From: Paramoeba atlantica
Taxonomy: Eukaryota; Protista; Discosea
DNA: 64,000 nt
Assembly (NCBI GenBank): GCA_977017575.1
Contig: CDRNVI010000178.1
Span: 1-64,000 of the forward strand
Direction of reading: 5' to 3'
Within the stretch, counting starts at the first letter, position 1. Every line of letters starts with the position of its first letter. This document shows, one piece after another, positions 47,204-57,401 of the stretch. Both the position numbers and the translations under genes were made by a program. The notes under the pieces were generated by a model, which saw only the letters and a list, made by a program, of their open reading frames with translations, did no database searches and was not told where the DNA came from.

Positions 47204-47291
47204 TACCTTCAAGGATTCTTTCAATTTTGAACTTTCATCATGGTGAAAGAAAAATCAAAATTTAACAATTTTTATTCTTCCAATAGATAGA

Positions 47292-48371
47292 TTATTCCCT
47301 TTTTGCTCCTTTTAAATTCACCCCCACTCTTCCATTACGAAAAATATCAACTTTTTCTGCTCCCATTCCACCACACCCAGGAAGAGGGAATGCACAAAAC
47401 TCATGATCCTTCAATGCTTGAATCATTAAATCCCAACGTTCAATGTATGGTTGTACAATATCAGAACGAGTATATTCAGAGATTATGGCGAATTCACTGA
47501 AAAATTTGGTCCCTCCTCTCTCAACAAGACCATCTCGATATGATTTAAATACACAAAATCTTGCATTTGGGTGTTCTCCTTCACAAAGCACCTCGATCAA
47601 TTTCTCTTTCCGTTTTTGATAGATTTGTTCTGAGAGAGGGATATCAACAATGGTGTGGACATTCTCTGTATTCAATGGGAGAGATGGAGGTGGAGTAGAA
47701 GAGGGAAAGAGAGGTTTGTCACAACGAATACAACGTGTTGAGTGTTTGGTATCAGCTCGCTGAAGAAGTTTTTGTTGCCTTTCAGCACAATTGCATTGAG
47801 TATGATAATGACGGCAACGAAAGATTTGAAAGATTGGATATTTCTCTACTTCTTCTTCAGCCACAGGATTGGCAAGGTTGCAATCTTTGTGTACTTGGAC
47901 TTTGTGTTCTGGGTTGGGGTGGATACAAGTCTTGATCTTCAGTTCTGAAGTCAATGCAGTAATGCAATAGGTTCCCCCCATCTTCAATCGAGAGAATAAA
48001 GATGGATAAGAGAGAAAGACTTCTTGGTCAAAGACCACAACATGAGCAAGTCGAGTCAAAGAATATAAGACCTCTTCGTTTTCGAATGGAGGAACATGTA
48101 AGTGAGTAATGTCGTTGATCTCCTCTTCAAAAAAAACTCTTTTCTCTTTTGCGAGACTCTCGAATGATAGGATGCCATGTCCAGGAGACGAACGAAGATG
48201 AACAATTCGTTCTGTTGATTGAACACACCCCAGATAAGGAATCAAAAAAGAGAGCCAATGTTCGACTGTTCCTTTGTCATCTGGACCTGTCGCACAAATC
48301 CAGGAACGAGGTTGGTCCCGAATCCACCACTCCCGGCGGCGAAACGAATTGGTTTGAGAGTCACTCGCCAT
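47292..48371 (-). CDS. Uncharacterised intronless protein, copy B (359 aa from the ATG at 48371)
   Basis: Paralogue of 45894..46970; the upstream ORF extension runs into the transposon TIR and is not real. Confidence 0.75.
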   Translation of the reverse strand: MASDSQTNSFRRREWWIRDQPRSWICATGPDDKGTVEHWLSFLIPYLGCVQSTERIVHLRSSPGHGILSFESLAKEKRVFFEEEINDITHLHVPPFENEEVLYSLTRLAHVVVFDQEVFLSYPSLFSRLKMGGTYCITALTSELKIKTCIHPNPEHKVQVHKDCNLANPVAEEEVEKYPIFQIFRCRHYHTQCNCAERQQKLLQRADTKHSTRCIRCDKPLFPSSTPPPSLPLNTENVHTIVDIPLSEQIYQKRKEKLIEVLCEGEHPNARFCVFKSYRDGLVERGGTKFFSEFAIISEYTRSDIVQPYIERWDLMIQALKDHEFCAFPLPGCGGMGAEKVDIFRNGRVGVNLKGAKRE

Positions 48372-48528
48372 GTTCTCTTGCTTTGATTTGGTTTCCCCAA
48401 CTAAAATCTCAGCAAAGGGAAGAATGAAATAAACTCTTGTGTTGAACAAAAGAGAATCAAAAAAAGATAGAGGTGGTGGCTTTTTTCTTTTGGTGGTGGT
48501 GTTTTTGGCAACAATTTTTGAAACCACA

Positions 48529-48578
48529 GGGCTAAAGTCAGAAATTGTCGCGCTAAATTCAGAAATTGTCATTTTCGT
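48529..48578 (+). repeat. Left terminal inverted repeat (contains two 21-bp subrepeats)
   Basis: GGGCTAAAGTCAGAAATTGTC GCGCTAAATTCAGAAATTGTC ATTTTCGT. Confidence 0.92.
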
Positions 48579-50317
48579 TTATTTAATTTCGTGCATTTCT
48601 TACACTTCCTCTCATGTTTTGTCATCTTCCCTTTGTTGGAGGGGACCTTATAGCATGCAGGACACATCCAAAACACATCACAGAACTCACAGCCCCACCA
48701 ATCACGTCCAATTCGACATGTTTTTTGACATCCAGCCTTACACTCTCGTGTTTTTTGCTCTCTCTCCTTCTCTCTGAGGGTTCTCTCTCTCTCAACAATT
48801 TTCTTTTCTCTTTCTCTCTTTTTCTCAATTCTTTTTTGCTCTTGCTCTTCTCTTTTCTTTTGTCTCTCTTGGGCCTTTTTCTCTTTCGCAAGTTTCTTTT
48901 CTTTTTCCTTGGTTTTCTTCTCCTCTTCTATCCTTTTGTTCTCCACCATCATATCTGCAGGGTCATACCCACGATTTTTTCTCACAGTGTGGGTTACCCT
49001 CTGAATTTTTTTCCCCTCCTCACTTGCCTTCTCAACTGTCTTTTCAATAATCAAGGTAACTTGTTGTGTCATTTTCTCAACTAAATAGTCATGCTCTGAA
49101 GTGGGTGTAAATCCAGCATCATCCCCACCAGGGCAGTGGTTCTCCTTGGCCAAGTGAAGGATTTTCGTTTCAGAAAAAGGGAACAAACCAGTCTCCTTAA
49201 ATGCCTTGGTAATAGTCTTGGCTGTGAAGGCTTTCTCAGTACTTTGGAGAACAAAATCAATAAAAGAAAACACGTTGGTTCGCGAAAACGATTGGATATA
49301 CGCGTGCTCACTTGTGATCCTTGTCACTTGCTGTTTTAGACTTGCGAATAAGAGGTTATCAAGTGGCTGTGACCAGTGTGAGGTGTGGGCAACTAGAAAA
49401 CACAAAGAGACATGGTTTTCAAAAGCCTTTTGGACCACTTGGATCTGACGATGTGAGCCAAGGTTGTCTCCAAAGCATATACATTCCACTCCAGGGTGCA
49501 AAATATTCCATCTTGACACAAAATCCTCCATAATTTGTTGGAAAACAACATCATTGATGTATCCTGACTCAGTAAAGAAGACAAGAGAGGGAAGTTGGGC
49601 AGATCGAGTTCATTTTGAGGTGTTTGGAAGATCAAGGTGAACAGTTGCGGTGTCCCCTTCCTTGAATTTGGCAGCAAACACAAAGTATGTCGCAAGGGTC
49701 ATTCCATCAGCCCCCACAAAGGGTAGAAAGGTTCCACAGTGTGTCCCCTTGATACCTGATCAATTTTGAGACTTCTTGGCTTTCTTGCTCACCAACCACT
49801 TGATCCGCAATTTACCCTCCTGAGTTAGCAGAATCCAGCACTCATCATAGTTGACAAATGCAAACGAAAGAGGTGTTCACGTCGCAAAAAACTTCTTCAT
49901 CTTTTCCACAAAATATACAGTTTCATCATAAAGATGAGCAGAAGCTCAATCATTCGAGAGAGGGGTGGTATTTCCAAGGCCCAAGTCATCTGAATGCTTT
50001 GTCAAAAAACGCTGGATTGTTGAGCGCGAGATTTTCTTCAAAAACATATCTTCCGCCACTTTATGCATTTGATCCACTGTCCATGGTTTCTGAATATTTA
50101 CCAAAGCAATTGCAATGTAGAGGAGGGACTTCTGTTCTTCCTCTGTCAGGCAGGAATTGCCATGAACTTCACCAGGCTGTTTTCTTCAATAATAGGCCAG
50201 ACTGACCGCATTTTTGCTCTTCCCAATTTCTCTACCATGGATCTCACATGCCTCACCAACTGAGTGACCCTTTTCAACTAGATTTTGGATGTCCACAACA
50301 ACATTGGTGTATGCCAT
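48569..50317 (-). pseudogene. DDE_1/pogo-type transposase pseudogene (CENP-B-like HTH, DDD core, coiled coil, Cys-rich C-terminal finger)
   Basis: ATG at 50317; LTEEEQ..SRSTIQRFLTKH; VNYDE, GDNLGSH, HTSHWSQPLD; in-frame TGA at 50188, 49948, 49762, 49612; one frameshift near 49870. Confidence 0.9.
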
Positions 50318-50356
50318 AACCCAAAACAAAACAAGTTGTTGACCGTTTCAACAAAC

Positions 50357-50406
50357 ACGAAAATGACAATTTGTGATTTTAGGGCGACAATTTCTGACTT
50401 TAGCCC
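50357..50406 (-). repeat. Right terminal inverted repeat
   Basis: ACGAAAATGACAATTTGTGATTTTAGGGCGACAATTTCTGACTTTAGCCC. Confidence 0.92.
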
Positions 50407-50530
50407 ACAAAAGTTTTCCGTTTTTTTGGTGTTTTTTGGTGTCTGGTTTTTTGTATTTGTTTTTTGTATTTGTTTTGGTGTTTTGTTTTTTGTATTTGTT
50501 TTTCCTTCACATTTAATCACTTTGTGGACA

Positions 50531-53500
50531 ATGGCAAGTGTTATCACAGATGATCATCTCCTTTTGAATCAGGTATGGAGGATTCTGAAAAGAGTTTTTT
50601 TTTGTTCTTTTCTTGATTCGGCTCCAATTAGATTGTGATTGAAATGAAATCACAACACCGTTACCGTTCTGCTGCGTTCTTTGCAGAGAAAGCCTTCTTT
50701 TTAACCGGTTTCTTTCTTTCTCTCTCTCTCTCTCTCAAAAACCTTCCCAAGATGAAAAAAAAAAAGGCAAAAGACCTGATGAAACAAAATCAAATATCTA
50801 GGTGAAAAAGAAGACGCTTTCCAATTGGCAGATTGTCTCATTTTGGGAGATCGATACAAAGAAGCCATCCGTCACTTGAAAAGTCAACAGAGTTCTCTCA
50901 TTTCTGATCTTCGATTTCGGTTACTTCTTGCCAAATCTTATGTTTGTTTTCTTTCAAATCCCCTTTCTTTCTTTCTTTCTTTCTTTTTAACTCCTTGTAT
51001 GAGAAGATGGCATGCAAGATGTGGGACGAAAGTTTGGAGATCCTTGGAGACCAACAAACTCCCCAAGAACCTAAACATCCAGTATGAAAACTTTCTTGCT
51101 TTCAATTGAACAAAAAAAACCAAAACTCATCTTTTCTTCTTCCTCTCTCTCTAGCTTTCAGCAGCGATTTGTACAATAAGAGGAGAAGTCCTTCTTGCTC
51201 TTGATAGTAGAGCAAGAGCTGCACATTGGTTGACACAAGCGATTCTGATTGATCCTCATAGCTTTGATGCATTTGAGTTATTGGTCTCAAAAGGATTGTT
51301 GACCTCTTCTCAAGAACGTGAGTTAGTTGGGAGGTTGGCGATGTTGGGGAGTGGAGAAGAGGAGGGGAAGAGAGAAGAAGATGAGAAAGAGAAAGAGAAA
51401 GAAGAAGAAGAGAATTGGGATCAAAATAAAGGACTTAGTCGAAAAGAAGAGACTAAAAGAGAAAACAAGGAAAGGGAAAAAGGAAAGGAAGGGGATCAGA
51501 TTGAGAGAAAAGACACATCAACCTCAAAGCAGGAGAAGAAGGAGACAAAAAAAGTGAAGAGATTGCGCTGGATCATAGATTATTATGCATCTGGAATTAA
51601 AGATGATTTTTTCTCTTCAAAAAAAGAAAAGGTAAAATTATTTCAAGTTCTTTTTGATTGTTTTTCATTTGACCCTTACTTTAAAGACCTTTCTCTCTCT
51701 TTCTTTCTCCTTTTTACTCCAAAGAACTGAAGATATATTTTTTTAGTATGAAAGGTTAGCCGCTTCTGGTCTTGCTCTTAATTGTGATGTTTTACTCAAC
51801 CGTGCAACAGATCTTTATTCCTCTTGCAAGTAACCTCTTTTACTATTTCCTATTTTCATTAAAAAAAAAGAGAATTTTTATTCACTCGAATTCAAAAAAG
51901 ATTTCAAGAGGCATTGAAAATTACTCGAGAAATTATCGAGAGAAATGGTGATCATTTTGGGGTTCGAGAGTTACATGTTTCTCTTTTGGTTGAATTGTCC
52001 CTCAAAAATGAACTTTTTTTGTATGCTCATGCTCTTATTGAAACATCCCCACGTTTTTAAATTTTGTTTCTTTACATTTAAGTGTGAAAAGTATTTCCTT
52101 TCTTTTCTCATTTTTTTTTTCAGAGGATGCAAGATCTTGGTATGCAGCTGGTTGTTACTATTTAATGCTCGAGCGTCTCCAACAAGCGAGAAAATTTTTT
52201 GTGAAGGCCACAACAATCGATTCTTCCTTTGGTCCTGCTTGGATTGCCTTTGGTCACACTTTTTCTCAAAAAGATGAACATGAACAGGTTTATATTCAAA
52301 GAATCTTTATTTTTTTCAAGTCAGAACCAACGAGAAGGAAAAAAAGAAATCAAAATCATCACTCTACAGGCAGTATCAGCATACAGACACGCATCAGGGC
52401 TCCTCACAGGATCGCACTTACCACATTTGTGTATCAGTATTGAACTAATTCGAACAGAAAAGCGGGGCAATCTCCATGGTTTTCCTTTCTTTTCAACTCT
52501 TTCAAAAAAAAAAACTCATCCCTTTCTTCTTTTTTTTTCGGCAGAGGCAATGCAAGTTCTGACCTGTGCAAGAGAGTTGTATCCAAAAGATCCCTTAATT
52601 TATAATGAACAAGGAGTGATTGCATATCTTAACTCCCAATTTGACCTTGCATGCAAGAATTTCCTTGTTTCCATTGAGCTTCTTTGTGGAGGTAGAATTG
52701 AATTTGGCTTTTTTGAAATCAAAAAAAAAATTACAGAAGACTCTCCCATTTCTTATCAAAAGGACAGATGATGAACTTTCAAGACAGCCAACAACAGAAA
52801 TTCCTATTGACAACCCAGTAACAACATTGAAGCTTGAAGAACGATTGACCAAACACCTCTCTTCAATTCCCCTCACTTGGGAACCTCTTTTGTTCAACAT
52901 GGCTCATTCATTCCGAAGACTTGGGAAATGGGCAAAAGGTAAAGAATCTTCTTATAATATATATATTCTCCAAAGAAAGAGTTTTTGTTTTGTTTTTTGA
53001 GATTTTTTGTTGTCTTTTGGTGGAGTTCTGGGGCTCTGAAGGTCTCTGTTTTTTTATATATCAACCTAAAAAATCATCAACTTTTCATCAAAAGCTCGTT
53101 TAGCTTAGTCGGTAGAGCGCCGTGCTAATAACGCGGAGGTCACAGGTTCGATCCCTGTAATGAGCAACTTTTTTTGCCTTTTTTTGCCTTTTTTTGCCTT
53201 TTTTTTCGTTTTTTGACTTTGTCTTTATTTTTCTTTCTCCAATCAAAAAATCATCCTTTTTTTTCCAGCCTTGAGCTTTTATCAGATGTGTTCAATGCTT
53301 CAACCTCAAAATCCCACAATATTTGCTGCCATTGGTCTCACTTATCACCAATCTGGTCGGTTGGATAAAGCAATTGAGAATTATCATCAATCACTCGGAT
53401 TGAAGGTTTTTTTTTCTGAATTTTATAAATATAAATTGTTTTTTCTCTTTTTGTTCGCAACAAAATTTGATGTGGAAAACAGAGCGAAGGAAATCGTGAC

Positions 53501-53566
53501 ACAGCAGATCTACTCCACCTCGCGGTCCAAGAATGGAGTGAGTTTGAAAATCATTCACTCTCTTGA
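50531..53566 (+). CDS. CDC16: Anaphase-promoting complex subunit 6 (CDC16/Cut9), TPR protein (multi-exon)
   Basis: HRYRSAAFFAEK; SWYAAGCYY, ARKFFVKATTID..FGPAWIAFGHTF, YRHAS.L..GSHLP.L, DP..YNEQGVIAY, WEPLLFNMAHSFRRL, AAIGLTYH, AIENYHQSL. Confidence 0.9.
53094..53166 (+). tRNA. tRNA-Ile (anticodon AAT), inside CDC16 intron 52939-53268
   Basis: Cloverleaf: acceptor GCTCGTT/AATGAGC+A, D arm GCTT..AGAGC, anticodon arm CCGTG-CTAATAA-CGCGG, T arm ACAGG-TTCGATC-CCTGT. Confidence 0.95.
53169..53206 (+). terminator. Pol III terminator: four T-runs separated by GCC
   Basis: (T7GCC)-like repeats directly after the tRNA. Confidence 0.7.
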
Positions 53567-53623
53567 ATGTTGGTGTCTGTCACACTCCTCTCTCTCTTTT
53601 CCCTCACCCTCTCTGGATTTTGA

Positions 53624-54826
53624 TTATTGGACAGGATGTGGGGGTCTTGGGGGGTCATATGTTGGAAGAAGGGAAAGAATAAAATGTCGTGCAAAGGAGG
53701 CCACTTCTTGAACGATGCCTCCACCGCCTCCCACAGCTCCTCCTTGAGGTTGTTGTTGTCCATCTTGTTGAACTTGTTCCCCTTCTGCTGGTGGGTTTTG
53801 TTGTTGTTGTTGTTGTTGTTGTTGAGGTTCTGCTGGTGGCTGGTTCCCTCGTTGAATGTTAAAGTGAAATTGAATAAATTGGAATCTTCCTGTTTGATAC
53901 CTAAAAAAATGGAGGTGAGAGAGAGGAAAGGGAGACTAATAGAAAGAAAAGAAAAACTTACAAGTAGTAAAAAAAAGCAAATAAAGAAAGCCCGAAAACA
54001 GTTGCTGAAGAGGAACCCTGGGAAAGGAGGAAAACAAGAAACGCAAGTTTGATGAGAAGAGAAACATTTTCCCCCTCAAATAGTCGGTGAACTGGTCGTT
54101 GTTGTGGATGGTGATGATTAAATTGTGCTCCAGGATTAAAATTCTGTCCCATTCCTCCCATGTTCGGCCCTTGTTGAAAGTAAAATTGATTGGGGAATCC
54201 ACCCTGAGGAGGAGGATGAAATCCTCCTTGAAAGTAAGCCCCTTGACCGCCAAATCCGAATTGCTGTCCAACAAAAGGAGCTTGTTGGAACTGACCACCA
54301 GGATAAAAACCACCTTGAGGCTGTTGTGGTGGTTGTTGCTGTTGTTGTTGTGGTTGTTGGAATGGGGGAGGTGGATTAGGGGGGATTTGAGTTTGACTGA
54401 AAAGAAGAAGGTGTGTTAGAATCTAATATTTGAGAAAGAAGAAGAGAGAAAAAAAATTCTGACCTGGCAGAAGGGGGTGGTTGTTTCAGCGCTGAAATCA
54501 CGAGGTGGAGGACGTGAGGAGTCGAGATATCCCTCTATTTTGATTGTTTTAATTGAAAAAGAAGATTCTTTTGACAAAGACATGACAATGTAGCCTACCT
54601 GGGCAAACACTTCAGAGAGAGTCATTTGATCTTGAAGGATTTTCCCCCCATAAATCAGTTTCTGTCTTTCAACAGCAGGATTGGAAGGGAAACTGCACGA
54701 TAATTGTTCTTTGAGGTCTCGCAGAGTCAAAAACAACGGGACAGATTCCATATGATGTTCACCTGTATCCAGAGAGGGTGTTTTGAAAATGAGATGAATT
54801 GTTTTTTCATTCGTTGCTCCTTCCAT
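53624..54826 (-). CDS. HERP/HERPUD-like ERAD membrane protein (N-terminal ubiquitin-like domain, Q/G/P-rich linker, TM hairpin)
   Basis: Ubl LKEQLSCSFPSNPAVERQKLIYGGKILQD; LLIKLAFLVFLLSQ; FYYL|YQTGR; terminal FILSLLP. Confidence 0.75.
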
Positions 54827-54928
54827 GTTTCTTTCTCACTTTTTCTTTCTTTCTTTTCGCCTTCGCGCCTTTTCTTTGACAGAAACACAAAAAACAGAAA
54901 ACTGAAAAGTCAAAAACTATGTTTTACG

Positions 54929-54950
54929 CGTGGCAAAAGACGTGGCAAAA
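54929..54950 (-). promoter_or_regulatory. Tandem (T)GCCACG motifs (UPRE/ERSE-core-like) upstream of the HERP-like gene
   Basis: CGTGGCAAAA twice at a 12-bp period on the + strand, including AGACGTGG, ~100-125 bp upstream of the ATG. Confidence 0.4.
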
Positions 54951-55050
54951 AAAGGAATAAATTTTTTTTTCGGTGAAAGAAAAAAAATCAAAAAAGGTCG
55001 AAGCACAACTCAAATTGAAAAAATATGTTCTTTGGTTTCAAATCCTCTCT

Positions 55051-57179
55051 TCATTTTTCATTTTCTCTGTTTATCTTCCAGAGAGAAACTGAATCGCAAA
55101 CAGAATACAATTTCCAGTAAAAATAAGCTGCCATTTGGTGAAAAGGCCATCCAACTGTCTGAAGAGGGTATTCATCTCGAAAAATGTGCCACCTTTCGTC
55201 TCCCTGAGCGATTGCTGATGCAATGAGCTCTCTGAAAAAGTAATTTTTTTTTAATTTGACTAGAAAAACCAAGATCAAAAAAAAAAATAAAAAGAAGCTA
55301 CCCGCCCATGGTGGTTGGGACAAGCCCATGACCACCAAATCCAGTACAATACCAAATACCAGGAGAAACTTGCCCGATTAGAGGCATCATTCGACGACCA
55401 AAATTGATTTGACCACCCCACACCACCTCTGGTTCAACCTTGGACATTTGAGGAAAGACACGAGATAAATCTTTCATAATTTTCTCTGTTAATATTTTTT
55501 TATCTTTTAGTGGATAAGCCTCCGCAAAACCTCCCCAGAGTAATCTACCACCTGTTGTTGTGTGAACCTTTGAGTAAATTTTGTTGTTTTCCATTCAATT
55601 TTTTTAAGGTCATAATCCAAACCTGGCAATGGGCGAAAATAACCAAGTGCAAGCCGATCATCACAAACACAGCACTTTGATTTAATTATTTTCCTCAATT
55701 CCTCTTCTGCATCTGGTGTTTCTTGTTCTCCTTCCATGTTTTTTTTTGGAAGAAGAGGTTTTGTCACAACAATGTAAGTGTAAATTGGAAGAGTATGGCG
55801 AGCAACTTTTCGATTTAAGGACTGGTTGGCAGGATCATAGTTTGTTGCCAAAACAACCTGATTCGCTACGAGAAAAAAAAAAGGAGGTATTAAAAAAAAA
55901 AATCAAAAAGAAATTATTGCAACAAACAAAACCATAAATAGCTCCAGATCCAAAATCGCTTTGCGTCCCAATTCGAAATTGTCGGTTGGGATAAGGTGAC
56001 GAGTTTGTTTCTTTTACAGAATCAAGCGAGACAGCTCGGGTTCGCTCAAAAAGGAGAGCCCCAGATTGAGAAGCAGCACGACCCAACCCAATAGTCAAAG
56101 CAAGGGGATTGACACTAAATGCGAACTTAGAAAAGACTCCATGGTGATAAAATTTCGTTTGATAAAATTCTCTTACTTTCGAAGCTAAAATTTTTGGTCG
56201 TTCAGTCAAAATATCCCTTTCAAATAAATAAAAATAATCACAAAACCTGGCCAAAAATGACTGTGAGGACCAAAAATACGATTGACACTGGATACTTGTT
56301 CTTCATAATCATTTTTCGTTTCAGGAAAACATGACACGTACAATTCCCCTTCATCCTGAAGATTAAAAAATCGAAAATATTATTCCTTTATCAAAAAAAA
56401 AAAAAGTAAAACACTTAATCTTGGTTATGTGAGGAAAAAAGAAATTACCTGAGGATCACAGAGGATGGAAAATTGGTCAATCCGTTTTCGAAGGAGACGA
56501 TAAGCTTCAAGGGTTAAGTCATACAAATGACGAGCTTTCTCTTCACCGTGTCTAAAGAGAAAGGAATATTGATCCAATTTTCAAAATTGAGGACATGTTT
56601 GATAGTGTTTTGGGTTTAACAATAATAAACTCCAAAATCTGATTTCCTTTGTTCATGAAATTTGGACAAAAAATCCCCCGACCTCTCAACTAACTCCATT
56701 TGGTCGATTTGAAATCCAGGAATGGCCATTCCTCCGTTTCTTCCAGATGCTCCCCATCCAATTCGTTTTGATTCAACTACTATTACAGATTTCCCCCTTT
56801 CAACCAACCCCAGAGCTGTACAAACACCTATTTTATGTGTTTCAGGAGGTTAGCTTTTTCCATCTGAATCTGCCTTACGTTTCAAAAAAGAGAAAAATTA
56901 ACCTGCTAAACCACCACCAATGACACAAACATCAGCTTCTAGATCCTTAGACTTCACAGAAGGAAGAGAAAGAGGTTTCTCTTTCAAACTTCGAACATAC
57001 CATGAGTCTTCATACCCCTCCTCCCCAGAGGCAGCTCCTTCGTTCTCGTTTCCACCAACACAAGAAAAAGAATTTTCTTTTTGTTGTTGAATGTCAACTT
57101 TTTGCTCTGTAGCTGAGTGATTCCGGACAAGAAACTCTGCAGCAAAAAATAAACGATCGAAACAAGAACGCACCTCCAT
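55051..57179 (-). CDS. FAD-dependent oxidoreductase, DAO/PuuB (gamma-glutamylputrescine oxidase)-like (multi-exon)
   Basis: ADVCVIGGGLAG, VESKRIGWGASGRNGG, VNPLAL..GL, YFRP, LLWGG, WGG, GFGGHG. Confidence 0.85.
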
Positions 57180-57401
57180 TCCCAAACCAAGAAACAAAAA
57201 CAGAAAATAAGAAAAAGTCTTTTTGAGAAACAGGAAAATCACAATTTTTCGTTTTTTTTTACCCCCGAAAAGACTTTCCGGTTTTTTCCCTTTTTTTCTG
57301 AAGTTTGTTTTGTTGAGGTTTTTGTTGAGGTTGGACCAACCGTCGTCTGTGGTTTTTGTTGTTGTTTCAGGTCAGACCAAAGTTAGAAAAGTGTGGAGGA
57401 C

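Larger units (their letters stand above)
45810..47210. repeat. Tandem segmental duplication unit A (orphan gene, bidirectional promoter and CDC16 exon-1 relic)
   Basis: Matches 47221-48528 joined to 50407-50570 at high identity. Confidence 0.9.
48529..50406 (-). mobile_element. pogo/Fot-like (IS630-Tc1-mariner, DD35D) DNA transposon, 1878 bp, 50-bp TIRs, 3-bp ACA target-site duplication
   Basis: TIRs 48529-48578 and 50357-50406 (3 mismatches), GGG...CCC termini; ACA on both sides; empty site gaaaccACAaaaattttccg at ~47107-47126. Confidence 0.92.
47221..50570. repeat. Tandem segmental duplication unit B, interrupted by the transposon
   Basis: Collinear with unit A once 48529-50409 is removed. 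Confidence 0.9.

Noticed and set aside
48372-48572. 67-aa N-terminal extension of orphan copy B
   Set aside because: It runs through the promoter into the transposon TIR and is absent from copy A
49610-50188. UGA recoding (Trp/Cys/Sec) in the transposase
   Set aside because: The element and host genes (Twinkle, endosulfine) end in TGA, a frameshift is also present, and Arg fits the contexts better
53635-53711. CDC16 last exon overlapping the HERP-like CDS in antisense
   Set aside because: A simpler reading ends CDC16 at TGA 53564-53566 without overlap
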